A stretch of DNA of 64,000 nucleotides from Sphyrna mokarran (taxonomy: Eukaryota): NCBI GenBank assembly GCA_024679065.1, contig JAGIQG010000023.1:10602001-10666000 (forward strand), written 5' to 3'. The notes under the pieces were generated by a model. That model was not told where the DNA came from and did not search any database. It was given only the letters and a program-made list of their open reading frames with translations. Below, piece by piece: positions 11,676 through 24,900 of the stretch (positions within the stretch are counted from its first letter, which is position 1; every line of letters begins with the position of its first letter). The translations under genes were made by a program, and so were the position numbers.

Positions 11676-13544
11676 GCTTCCTGACACTTTACAAAGTCAT
11701 GGTCATTAAACTCCAGCCTTTTGCGTTTTCTATGACACTTCCTTTCAAGTGTCTCTGCTTGGAATGGGCCTTGGCACCTTTTCAAGTGCCAAATTCCTTG
11801 TCCTCTCAGGAGAGGGGGCCAGCCAAATGTCCTTTGTTCAGACGTTGGGCATGTTACAGCATCAACAGTTTTTGATCCATAGCTTTACTTGTACTTCCTG
11901 TTTAAACAGGCCTTCCAACACTTCAATACGCCCTCAATCAGTTGGTGAAGCGTAGCTGGTACCCTGTCTTTGTGTCCATTTTCCTGAAAACATTTAGAAC
12001 AGTGAGTAGAAGAAGTACAAAATCAGACAGAAAGCAAATCCTGATCAGGGTGGAGTTAGAGAAACAAGTCTGAAGTTAAAACAGGAAGTTCAGATGAAAT
12101 AACACCATCGGAAGTGGCTGAGAAGACAACCAAGAATAGTCATGAAAATGTGTGACCTTGCACATGCTTAGTCAAGATGTTTGATGCTGGAAATGTTACA
12201 TTTGTACACAGGCTTCCTGTTTTAACTTCACAGATTCACAAAGATTAAGGAGGTTAGAAAGAACCAAGCGAGTTTGATGAATGGGATATTTGGGATGCGG
12301 ATAAATTACCAATAGTTACTGCAACACAAGGGACGGCTGAATCCTGTTCAGATCCAGGTCACAGTCAGACAGATAGGCGTGTCTGGGAAGGTGGAATTTC
12401 GGGGGTGGGGGCGGTTTGCAGGGACAGGAATGATGCACTGATCCAATAAACCTTCAGCTAGGTGTATAAGGAATGGAGACTGACTCAACTCAGCGACAAT
12501 GTCTCACTCATGATAAAACTTTATTTAAAACCCAAATGCTCCACCACACAAAGCCCTCAGCTCACAAGCCTGTGACAACATCTGGCCAATATCAAAAGAA
12601 AGAAATCTCACAATCCCAGGTTAAAGTCCAGCAGGTTTATTTGGCTGGACTTTAACCTGGTGTTGTGAAACTTCTTACTGTGCTTACCCTAGTCCAACGT
12701 CATAGAAAACCCATTGAACTGAGGAAAATATTCATGTGACTTCAGCTAAATGAATGTGGGACGGACCATTGATCGCATCCAATGCTTCAGCTGAGGAAGA
12801 TCGGCATTTTCAGCTGGGGTGGAGGTTTGGGAAGGGGCAGAGGAGGGGCACAGGGATTGATGATGGCAGGCTAGGTGGTCTTACTAAATGTTCAGATATT
12901 GAATGTAGCACTGTAGCCTCTGCAATTGATTTGATTTCTTTTTATTTATTATTGTCACATGTATTGGGATACAGTGAAAAGGATTGTTTCTGCGCGCTAT
13001 ACAGAAAATGCATACTGCTCACAGAGTACTTAGGGACAGAGGAAAGGAGGGGATGCTGAATATAGTGTTACAGTCATGGCTGGGCTGCAGAGAAAGAATC
13101 GTTCAAACAGTAAAGGTCGATAGAGTTCTGATAATAAATGAATAGAAATCTGATAAGTGCGGTCTCTTTGGACCTCAAAAATCTGAGGGAGCAAACATCC
13201 CAGTTCCAAACACTATTTATGTGCTTTAATTTAATACACCCTCAGTCCTGTTTCTCTTTAACTCTCTGAAAACCAACTCACACTGATTCCCATTCCTCCA
13301 ATTGAATTGTTGATCATGGCCCAAACAGGATGCATCGGAATTAATTTCCCATGTAAAGCACAAGAAGGGTGATTTATTCCTTCAACACACATTGCAGCGA
13401 AAAGCAGGGCAACCAGAAGTTCCAACTGAAAATGTATTTACAAAAAAGGTGTCTTTCTTTTAATAACATCTTCATGTAACATTGTACTTTGACAATAGTC
13501 AGCCAAGGGCAGATCATTTCCTGCAACTGTACCCGTTGACATCA

Positions 13545-13706
13545 ACACAAACCACGTTGTGAAAGAGTGTGGTTGGTCAACTTCTCTGATCCTTTGGTTT
13601 TGGGGAGGTAGTTCCACTGCTATCAGGAAGTAAATGATTCAGTGCAGATTCTTTGTCCGATTTAGAGACACTCGTGCCGAAAACCGTAGAAACTTTCGCC
13701 GGGACC
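13545..13706 (+). promoter_or_regulatory. Putative TATA-less leukocyte-type promoter of gene B
   Basis: RUNX motif TGTGGTT 13568-13574, ETS/PU.1 motif AGGAAGT 13625-13631 and adjacent AP-1-like TGATTCA, 70-140 bp upstream of the ATG. Confidence 0.55.
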
Positions 13707-13746
13707 ATGAGGTTCAGCGCGTTGCTGCTCCTCACTTCCATATCAA
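13707..13746 (+). CDS. Gene B exon 1: signal peptide [13 protein letters not shown] (phase 1)
   Basis: Kozak-like GGGACCATG, hydrophobic 13-codon run, donor A|GTAAGA; phase matches the first Ig exon (A+TT = Ile). Confidence 0.85.
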
Positions 13747-15900
13747 GTAAGATTTTTCAATTCTAAATTTAGAATGATAGTTCAGGCTTATGTAGAATCT
13801 GAGGAAAACGGCTCAAAGTTCTTTACACAGGACTAAAGAAACACAGACTCTGGGCCAAAGGAGAGCAGACTGAAAGGGTGAACCTAAAGTTCAGTCGAAG
13901 AGATGGGTTTTAAAGAGGCGGAGAGGGATTTAACGAGGAGGAGAGGTTTGACAACAGAGTTGCAAAATGTTGGATCTAATTGAAAACACAGCCATGAATG
14001 GTGGGGCACTTGATTTCAGAGGAATGGAAAGACTCCTCTGGGAGGGGGATAGTGGAATATCGGAGTACATTACAGGACTGTGAACAAATGAGTGCAATTT
14101 ACAAATTAATCTAGAAATCCACATGGCGCTCACTCCTGCCACCCAGAGATAGCGACAGGAAAAGAATCCATCATACCTTTCATGCCTGAAGTAAAGAAAG
14201 AGAGGAAGATGGGGAATAAGGACAGCCTAGATAGATCTCCCTGAGAGTTCTGCAGTTATAATAATGGGCAGTAGAGTTTCTTTCTGTGCTGTGAAATACG
14301 GGAGTGACAGTGTGGTTAGCACTGCTAGCTCACAGCGCCAGGCACTTGGGTTCAATTCACAGCTTGGGTCACTGTCTATGCAGAGTCTACACACTCTCCC
14401 CAGGTCTGTGGGTTTCCTCCGGATGCTCCGGTTTCCTCCCACAGTTCGAAAGATGTGCAGGTTAGATGCATTGGCCACGCTAAATTCTTCCTCGGTGCAT
14501 CCAAACAGGCATTTGAGTGTGTCGACTAGGGGATTTTCACAGTAACTTCATTTCAGTGTTAATGTCAGCCTACTTGTGAATTAATAAATAAACTTTGCTA
14601 CGTTGCCCACATGGAAATCAAATATTTCAGGATACAGATTAAACCCATTACTTCCTAAATGTCATGTCGAAGAAATTCTTGCCTGCGCCTTCAACTATTT
14701 TTCCTGCCATGCTATCTATTGAATAAGATAATACATTCTCATTTCTGACCAATTAACATCCCTTCATAATATAGATCAACTTTACATTTTAGATATTGCG
14801 TTTCTGCTTCAAATACGATTAAAGAAACACAGACAAAACTTCTGGGGTCTAAAGGAGCCTCTATATTCAGAGAGAATGTGGCTTCACATGACCCAGGTTT
14901 TTATCTTTATCAAGTATTTATTAGGCTGGGAAGGCGAATGAGATTACAGTCCTGGTGCTGAGATTCTATAATTGAGGCCATTTCCTTATTCACTCCTGCT
15001 CACGGTGACACAAAGGCAGAAAGGACGTTACTCAAAAAGCTGGATATATTGCTCCTCCTGGAAGTGTACAGGCTTCAAGTTGACTGGCTTGGCCTCACCT
15101 CAGTAACAGGATGAGGGGCTTACCTGCAGAATGTGCTTCTCTCTCTCAGTGAGTTGGTGTCACATTCCTGTACCCCACTCCCTACTGCAATGGCAGCTGG
15201 CCCAGAACACATCCAGTCACCAAATGCATCACAAAGATGGTCGCTGTCACGATTGGCTCAATCCTGAAGGGGCTGCTCCAAAGTATGTGTGTACTTGGAA
15301 TATTGTGTTCAATTCTGGTCATCTCACTACCAGAAGGATGTCGAGGCTTTGAAAAAGGTACAGAAAAGATTTACCAGGATGTTGCCTGGTATGGACGACA
15401 TTAGCTTGACTAGAGGTGGGAGAAACTTGTTTGTTGTCACTGTAGCGACAGAGGTTGAGGGTAGACCTATAAAGTCTAACCAGATTAAAGGACGCATGAA
15501 TTTTCCGTGATAATCATCAGCTTTTTCCTAGGATTGAAGAGAGTCAATTACTAGGGAGCATCAGTAAGGTGCGAGAGTAGTTTTTAAGAGATGTACAGCA
15601 GATTTTTAACCAATGGTGGTGGTGCCGTTGGACTCATTACAGGGACATGTGCGGAGCTGATATGGTCGTAGCTTTTAAGGTCATCTTCACAAGTACAGGA
15701 TAGGATGGGAATGAGAATAGTGATCCCCAAAGATAGGGGGTTTTAGGTTCAGGGTCGGGCAGTATGGTCAGTGCAGACTTAGATGCGGCCCGAGGCCTGA
15801 TCCTGTCTGTAATTTTTTTTTGTTCTTTGTTCTGTGTTTCACAGAACCCACACATTCACCACATATTGCACGCACGTACTCACAACCGAAAACATGCAAC

Positions 15901-15933
<33 letters not shown>

Positions 15934-18900
15934 TACATACCATTCACACACTATTCATATACACACACATGAACATACTTACCCACACACATAACACTCA
16001 GAACAGACAGACATGCATGCGCATAGACACACAACCACATACACACACACACATTCACCTACCCTCACACAAATACATGCACACACACTCATACACACAT
16101 ATATATACATACACATGCACACACACCCAAATAAAAATGTGAACACACATATATACACATTCTCACACAAACACACACATGCACACACACTCACACACAC
16201 ATCTACATAAATACATACACACACACCAGCACACACATTCNNNNNNNNNNNNNNNNNNNNNNNNNNNNNNNNNNNNNNNNNNNNNNNNNNNNNNNNNNNN
16301 NNNNNNNNNNNNNNNNNNNNNNNNNNNNNNNNNNNNNNNNNNNNNNNNNNNNNNNNNNNNNNNNNNNNNNNNNNNNNNATGGCATTCATGTACATGCACA
16401 CATACACGCACACATTCACATAAACACATGGGCGCACACACACAATCACACACACACAAACACATAAAAACACACACACATGCGCATACATACATACACA
16501 CACATGCATACAGACATACACACACACAAGCACACGTGCAAACACGTGCGCACACATGTGCAAGCACACACACATACAGATGCGCACATGCACATACACA
16601 CACAGACACTCATACGCATGCGTGCGCACACACACATACACACGTGCGCTCATATGCATGCGCACATGCAGACACACACATACTCACATAAACACACACA
16701 TGCATACACATGCATGCACGTACACACTGACACATATGAGCATACACACTCACATACACATGCACACACACATACATGCATACATGCACAGCATTCACAT
16801 ACACAAGCGCACACACACACATAACCACTCACACAAACTCACACACACTAATACACACACAAACAGATACACACAAACAGTCACATGCGTGCAAACACAC
16901 ATGCCTCTCTCGCTCCCATACAGACACACACAGTCTCACTCCCAAGGGCACACACCCTCTCAATCCCTCACACAGAAATGCAAGCACACTCTCTCATTCC
17001 CTTACACATAGGCCCTCACTTATTCTCAATCTCCTTCTCTCACACACACACACACATACACATACACACTCACACATTCTCCCTCTCTCTCTCTCTCTCT
17101 CCCTCTCACAAAAACACTATCCTTCTCTCACTCCCACACACACTCACTCACAGATACGGGGCTCTGCTCAACACAGTCTCATTCCTGAGCCTTGTGGCAA
17201 GTTCTCCTCCCCAGGACTTCCTCACCCTTGTCCCCAGGCCCAGTTTGGAGGTGCTGGAGTTGAATTCCATGCACTCTGACAGTAACACCCCACTGGTGGA
17301 AGGGCAGGTTGAGAGGCAGTTGTGGGACTCTTGGGATTTTAAATATGAATATTAATTATAAAAATGAGGAGTTACATTAAACCTTTACTGCTCACTTGTT
17401 AGGTCTCTGCTGGAGTATTGGGTACTCCAATAATGAGGATATAAAAAGGGGAGGCACAGCGGCACAATGATTAACACTGCTGCCTCACAGTGCCAGGGAC
17501 CTGGGTTTGATTCCTGGTTTGAGTCACTGTCTGTGTGGCATCTGCACGTTCTCCCTGTATCTACGTGGGTTTCCTCAAGGCGCTCCGTCCCACAGGCTGA
17601 AAATCTTTCTGGTTAGATGCATTCTCCCTCAGTATCCCTGAACAGGTTCCGTTGTGTGGCAACGAGGGTATTTTCACACCAACTTCATTGCAGTGTTCAT
17701 GTAAGTCTATTTGTGACTAATGAATAAACTTTACAATTCTGGGCACCACACTCGAGGAAGGAGGTTAAGGCCCTGGCAAGGGCACAGAGCAGATTTACCA
17801 GGATGGTGCCAGGGATTAGGGAATTTGGTTATGTGAACAGATTGGAGAAACTGGGATTCTTGTCCTTGGAAAAGAGCAGATTAAAGGGAAATCTAATCAA
17901 TATATTGAAAATGAGGAAGCGATTGGACATGTGTTTGGAGGGGACTAATGTGCATGGTTGTTAGGGAAGCTGGGCCTTGGGATTCAATTGACCAATAAAT
18001 TTCAATGAGCTGGCACAGACATGACAGGCTGAATGTCCTCCATCTCTGCTTTAAGATTCTTGATTCCAGTCCCACCCAGGACTTGTGTGTGTCCCCTTGT
18101 GAAGCACTGGCAGCATTGCACCAAAAGGATTGTCTACAATTGGGTGTTGGGATATTTCCAGCTTTCTTAAAACGTTATGTTTCACCAACAGTTTTACAGA
18201 CACAAACTGCCTCGATAGAGATGAAAGCTGCAGTGGGACAAACCATCACTGTGGAATGTCCAGGGGCAACACGGTACAAACACCGAGAAATCTGGTGGTG
18301 TAAGAGAACTTCAGCTAATTATTGCAATCTGATATTGAGCACTCATGGAGATAATATAAGGAATGATGGAAGAACATCGATCGTTAATACCAACGGTAAA
18401 ATTTCTGTAACCATAAAACAACTTCAGAAGACAGATACTGGAACATACTGGTGTGGAGTTCAAAATGAAAAAGATTTCAGTGTTTTAGATGTTATAACAC
18501 TGCAGGTTTTCTCAGGTAAGAATATTTCAGAAGATTGATTTTAGCTCTGATAATGTGACCCACTGCAATAACACAGGGCTGCTGCTGTGTGCTGTGTGAA
18601 CTCAGATTAATAAAATATCACAACTCCTCATGTACAAGTAGTGACTTCACATATTCCCATTTCTATCCATTTCCATTAACCTATTTCTGCATCCTTTCCA
18701 TCTATATTCTTACAAACCAAAAATCATATTCCACCCAAGGCTCTTTCATTGATTCTTTCATGCGATGAGAGTTTCTGGAACAGCAATTATTGAACATCCC
18801 TAATTATCCTGAATTGCCTTCTTGAATCACTACAGCTCATGAAGTGTACGTACACCCACAGTGATGTTAGGGAGGGAGTTCTGGGATTAAGCCAGTGACA

Positions 18901-21900
18901 GTGAAGGAACGGAGATAGATTCCCCAGTCTGGATGGTGTGTGTTTTGGAAGGAAGCTTGTCAGTGGTGATTGTCCCATGCACCCAATTCTCTCCTTCTAG
19001 GTGTTAGATGTCGCAGGTTTGGAAGGAGATTTAATTCATTGCTTTCTATCTCCATAGTAACTTGTAATAGATCGAGGGTGACTTAATGTGGCTTGAATCA
19101 ATAAATGTTTTATTGCCAACAATAGCCCATGCTTGCCTTCATCGGACTGGGTGTTGAGACGAAAAATTGGCAAATTATGTTACAGTTGTTTAAAACATTG
19201 GTTAGGCCACATTTTGAATATTGTGTCCAATTCTGGTTACCACACCATCAGAAGGATGTGGTGGCTTTGGAGAGAGTGCAGAAGAAGTTTACCAGCTTGT
19301 TGCCTGGTATGGAAGGTATTAGCGATGAGGAGAGATTGAATAAACTGGGATTGTTCTCACTGGAAATACACAGGCTGAGATGAACTAGTAGAAATTTATA
19401 AAATTATGACAGGTATAGATAAGAACATTTGGACTATTTCCCAGGGCAGAAAGGACAATTACAAGTGAGCACAAGTTCAAGGGGGGGAAGGTTCAGTGGA
19501 GATGTGCGGGGGAAGTTTTTTCACATTGGGGATGATGGGGGCCTGGAATACACTACCAAGTGAGATGATTGAGGCAATTACTTTAGTCGCATATAAGACG
19601 TATATCGATAGACACAGGAACAAACAGGGAATACAGGGTTATAAACGGTTGGTTTAGAGAGGCAAATATGAACAGCGCAGGCTTGGAGGGCCAAAGGGCC
19701 TGTTCATGTGCTTACCGTTCTTTGTTCTTTGTAATAAGAATATATATATCTATACAACAAGGTCAGAATGAATTACAATGTGAATCTACTATTCGGCTCC
19801 ATGGCTCCAACTGCAAAACATTCCTCAACCCGTGATGCACACCCTCTTGCCGATTGGCTCAGCTTCCAGCCTTGAGAATCCACAGGGCCTGACCTGACCA
19901 CATAACCCTCTAAACACTCCCCTACCCCAATTAAAGGACCACAATCCTTCCCCCTAAAATCTGAAATACAACAATGGAGGAATAAAGAACAGGAAAACTC
20001 AACAAAAATTTAAATCAGTCTGGAGGAATCCGGTCTCTGGTAGAGCTCCTCAATTCAGTGGTTTGCTCTCCTAAGCTTAAAGGGCCAGACGGGACAGACA
20101 AAAAGGCGGATTCATTAATCCAGGATCTGGTGGATCTTCAGCAGCTTCTGGTTCCTCAGTTTCCACAGCCAGCGGTTGCTGCGCTCCCACATTCTCCACC
20201 AAAATCTCAGTAACCAACCCCGGCAAAGTTTAACCAACTGCAGCGGGTGTCTGTTGATCCTCTGTGTCCATCACTCTCTTCTCCTTCAATGGTTTACCTG
20301 CTTCCTGAGCCGACAGCCTTGTATCTCCACAATGTCGGAGAACAGTCCTGTTCTCTTCATCAGCCACCCAGAACGGTATAAAATTTGGAAACAGGACTGC
20401 ATCCCCCACTTGAAATACAGTTTCCTTTTCTCGAATTACTGTTTTCCTTCTGAACGACTACCCAAGCCTGCATGCTCCCTGCTAAATTTGGGAATATCAT
20501 GTCCAATTGTGTTCTGAACTGGAATCCCATCTGCAACTCTGCTGGAGTCACCTCTGTGATCGTGTTTGGGGTACTGTTATAAGACAACAAAAAACTGTCC
20601 ATATATAAAGGAAGAGGATAATTTATTTGTTTTTTTATTGATGACTTGAATGTTTGTACCTCACGCTCCACTGGTCCATTTGAGGCTGAGTGGGAAGGTG
20701 TTGACCTCACATGGTGAATGCCATTAGGCTCCAGGAATTTTTGGAATTCTTCCACAGTGAATGGTGTGCCATTGTCCGACACAACCACTTCCGGAATGCC
20801 ATGGATAGCAGAGAATTTCCACACTCTATCAATTGTGCCCATGGTTGTTGGGGACTTCATCAACTGCACATCCAACCACAACTAATATAAGAAACATGTG
20901 ACCCCGAAATGGCCCGGGCAAAATCTACATTTAACTTCCACCAAGCTTGACCAGGCCATTCCCAATGATGCAAATTCACCTGTGATGGTAAAGCCCATTG
21001 ATCTTCGTAACTCGGGCATTGACGAACCATCTGTTCTGTTTCCTTGCCAATGCCTGGTGAAAACACATTTGCCTGGGGCCTTCATTCTACTTTGACCTGG
21101 AAAAGAGTGAGGCAGTTCTTGTAACAGGAATTAAAGATAAAGTCACAAGTAGGCTTACATTCACGCTGCAATGGAGTTACTATGAAAATCCCCTGGTTGC
21201 CACAATGCAGCACCTATTTGGGGACACAGAGAGAATTTAGCGTGGCCAATTCACCTAACCAGCACATCTTTGGAGTGTAGAAGGAAACCGGAGCACTTGG
21301 AGGAAACCCACACAGACACGGGAAGAACATGCAGACACGGCACAAACAGTGACCCAAGCTGGGAATCAAACCTTGATCCCTGACACTGTGACGCAGCAGT
21401 GCTAACCATTGTGCCACCGTACTTTCCTGGAGTCATCTCCCCAGGAGTGGTACAAGAAAGTCTAGCCACCTGCAGCGACACCCCATCTTCACAGGGTATC
21501 TCCATCCTTCTGCTTTGGTCGGGTTTGAGCTACTCTGACTTATATCACCATTTTTGCATTACCGTCTTCTTCACTTTTGACCACATCGGATCTATTTTTC
21601 TCCACAGTTTTATATGTTTTGCCAAGACTGGCAAGTTCCCTACCAGATACAGAGCCAGTATAATCTCTTGTGGAACCGGTGGTGGTGCGACTGTTTGCGG
21701 TAAAGACATCGGCTAATTGTGTCTGCTCGGGATATCTGCATTCCAGGGTGATGCTGAAACGTATAACTGTACGCTGCAAACAAAGGAGCCCATCTCTGCA
21801 TCCCTGCGGAGGCAATTAGAGGCACCGGCTTCTCTAAATAGACCTAACAATGGCTTCTCATCTGAAACTATTGTAAAATGTCACCCATAAATGATCACCT

Positions 21901-24900
21901 AGTTTTCCTCGTCTATTTGGGAGTATTCCGTTTCCACATTTGATCACGTCCCTCTCTCACATCCACACTCTCCCTCTCATTCTCTCTCCCTCTCACTCTC
22001 CTCCAAATCCTCTCTCTCCACACACTCTCTCCTCTTTCTCTCTCTCTCCTCTTTCTCTCTCTCTCACTCACTCTCTCCCTCATACACACTCTCTCTCACT
22101 CTCACACACACTCACTCACAGATACAGGGCTCTGCTCAATAGAGTCTCATTCCTGGGCCTTGTAGTCAGCTCTCTTCCCCAGGGCCTCCTCACACTTGTC
22201 CCCAGGGCCAGTTTGGAGACGCTAGAGTTGGGTTCCGATGCATTTTGACAGCAACACCACCCAGTGGAAGGATAGGTTGAGAGGCAGGGATTCTTGGGGA
22301 TGGCACGATGTCACAGTGGTTAGCACTGCTGTCTCACAGAACCAGGGACCTGTGTTCAATTCCTGGCTTGGGTCACTGTCTGTCTGGAGTCTGCACATTC
22401 TCCCCGTGTTTGCGTGGGTTTCCTCTGGGTGCTCCGGTTTGCTCCCACAGACTGAAAGGTGTGCTGCTTCAGTGTATTGGCCATCCTAAATTCTCCTGTG
22501 TACCTGAACAGGCGCTGGAGTGTGGCAACTAGGGGATTTCCACAGTAGCTTCAATGAGGTGTTAAGTTAAGCCTAATTCTGACAACATGATAAATAAATA
22601 AATAAATAAAATCGGAGTATTAATTAGAGATTTGAGGAGTTCCACTGAACTTTTACTAAGCACTGATTAGGTCTCTGCTGGAATACTGGGTTCAATCTGG
22701 GCACCACACTCGAGAAAGGAGGTTAAGGCCCTGCCAAGGGCACAGAGCAGATTCTCCAGGATGGTGCCAGGGATGAGGGAGTTTGGTTATGTGAACAGAT
22801 TGGAGAAACTGTGATTATTGTCCTTGGAACAGAGCAGATTAAGGGGAAATCTAATCGATGGATTGAAAATGAGGAAGAGATTTAAAAGACAGTTGGATAT
22901 GTGTTTGGAGGGGACCAACATGCAGGGTTGTGGGGGACGTTGGGCTGTGGGATTCAATTGGACAATAAATTTCAATGAGCTAGCACAGACATGACAGGCC
23001 AAATGTCCTCCATCTCTGCTTTAAGATTCTTGATTCCAGTCCCACCCAGGGCTTGTGTGTGTCCCCTTGTGAAGCACTGGCAGCATTGCACCAAAAGGAT
23101 TGTCTATAATTGGGTGTTGGGATATCTCCAGCTTTCTTAAAACATTATGTTTCACCAACAGTTTTACAGACACAAGCTGCCTCGATAGTGATGAAAGCTG
23201 CAGTGGGAGAAACCATCACTGTGGAATGTCCACAGACAACACAGTACCAATACCTTGAAATCTGGGGGTGTAAGCAAACTTCAGAAACTTATTGCAATCA
23301 TATATTGAGAACTTATGGAGTCAGAGTCAAGAATGTTGATGCAAGAACATCGATCGCTAATACCAACGATAAAATTTCCATAATCATACAACGACTTCAG
23401 GAGACAGATACAGGAACATACTGGTGTGGAGTTCGACATGAAAACTCTCTCCATGTTTTTGATGTTATAACACTGAAGGTTTTCTCAGGTAAGAATATTT
23501 CAGAAGATTGATTTTAGCTCTGATAATGTGATCCAGCTGCAATAACACAGGGCTGCTGCTGTGTGCTGTGTGAACTCAGATTAATAAAATATCACAACTT
23601 CTCATGTACAAGTAGTGACTTCCCATATTCCCATTTCTATCCATTTCCATTAACCTATTTGCAAATCCTTTCCGTTTATATTCTTACAAACCAAAAATCA
23701 TATTCCACCCAAGGCTCCTCTGTTGATTCTTTCATGTGATGTGAATGTCTGGAACAGCAATTACTGAACATCCCTAATTATCCTTGACCTGCCTTCTTGA
23801 ATCACTACAGCTCATGAAGTGTACGTACATCCACATTGCTGTTAGGGAGGGAGTTCCAGAATTGAACCAGTGTTAGTGAAGGAACGGCGATATATTCCCC
23901 AGTCTGGATGGTGTGTGTTTTGGAGGGAAGCGTGTCAGTGGTGGCGTTCCCATGCATCCGCTTCTCTCCTCCTCCTAATTCCTCTTCCTTTAATTCATTG
24001 CTTTCTATCTCCATAGTAACTTGAAATAGCTCAAGAGCCGCTCAATGTGGCTTGAATCAATAAAGGCTTTATTTCCGACAATATGGCATGCTTGCCTTCA
24101 TTAAACTGACTATCAAGTATTAAAGTTGGCAAATTATGTTACAGTTATATAAAATATTAGTTAGGCCACATTTAGAACGCTGTGTCCAATTTTGGTGACC
24201 ACAAAACCAGAAGGATGTGGAGACTATGGACAAAGTGTGGAAAAGGTTTACCAGGATGTTGCCGGGTATGGACGGTACTAGCTATGAGGAGAGATTGAAT
24301 AAACTGGGATTGTTCTCCCTGGAAAGATGGAGGCTGAGGGACGGCCTGGTAGAAGTTTATAAAATTATGAGCATATAGATCGGGTGAACAGTTGAAAGCT
24401 TTTTCCCAGGACAGAAAGGACAATTACAAGAGGGCACAAGTTCAAGATATGGGGGGAAAGGTTCAATGGAAATATGCAGGGGAAGTTTTTTATACAGGGG
24501 GTGGTGGAGATCTGCAATTCATTGTAAATGAGGTGGTTGAGGCACATTTAAGACTTATATTGATAAGCTTACGAACAAACAGGGAATAGAGGGAGAGAAG
24601 CAATGGGTCTAGATAGGTAAAGATGATTGGCAAAGGCATGGAAGGGCCGAAGGGCCTGTTCCTGTGCTGAACTGTTCTTTGTCCTTTATAATTAAGAAAT
24701 TATATACACACAACAGGGTCAGACTGAATTACATTGCAAATCTAACACTCAGCTCCCTGGCTCCAATTGCAAGACATTCTCAACCCCTGGTACCCTCTTA
24801 CCCATTTGTTCAGCTTCCAGTCTTGAGAATCCACACAGCCTGATACAATCACATGACCTCGTATACACTCTCCCACCCCAATTAAAGGGCCACAATCCTT

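Larger units (their letters stand above)
19087..21935 (-). mobile_element. Degenerate Ty3/Gypsy LTR retrotransposon 3' part (RNase H end, integrase, PPT, 3' LTR 19087-19943)
   Basis: Minus ORFs [24 protein letters not shown]; PGIGKE...[16 protein letters not shown]; [15 protein letters not shown]...[27 protein letters not shown] (19945-19955, minus strand) precedes an LTR with TGTGG...CCACA termini. Confidence 0.88.

Noticed and set aside
17152-17310. Exon-like block (CAG|ATAC...GGGCAG|GTTGAG) repeated in each cassette
   Set aside because: Length and frame are not conserved among cassettes, and no recognisable protein.
15764-17355. Long His/Thr-rich and Cys/Val-rich ORFs (also 45800-47521)
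   Set aside because: Translations of degenerate (CA)n/(TG)n microsatellite spanning N gaps.
18005-18191. ORF-track N-terminal extensions of the Ig ORFs as start codons
   Set aside because: Intronic sequence upstream of a conserved acceptor; the leader is the exon at 13707/43881. The downstream TTACAG acceptor is out of phase and is TTACGG in D1b and D3.
20360-21825. Functional or domesticated integrase gene
   Set aside because: Fragmented by frameshifts, stops and a SINE insertion in every copy.
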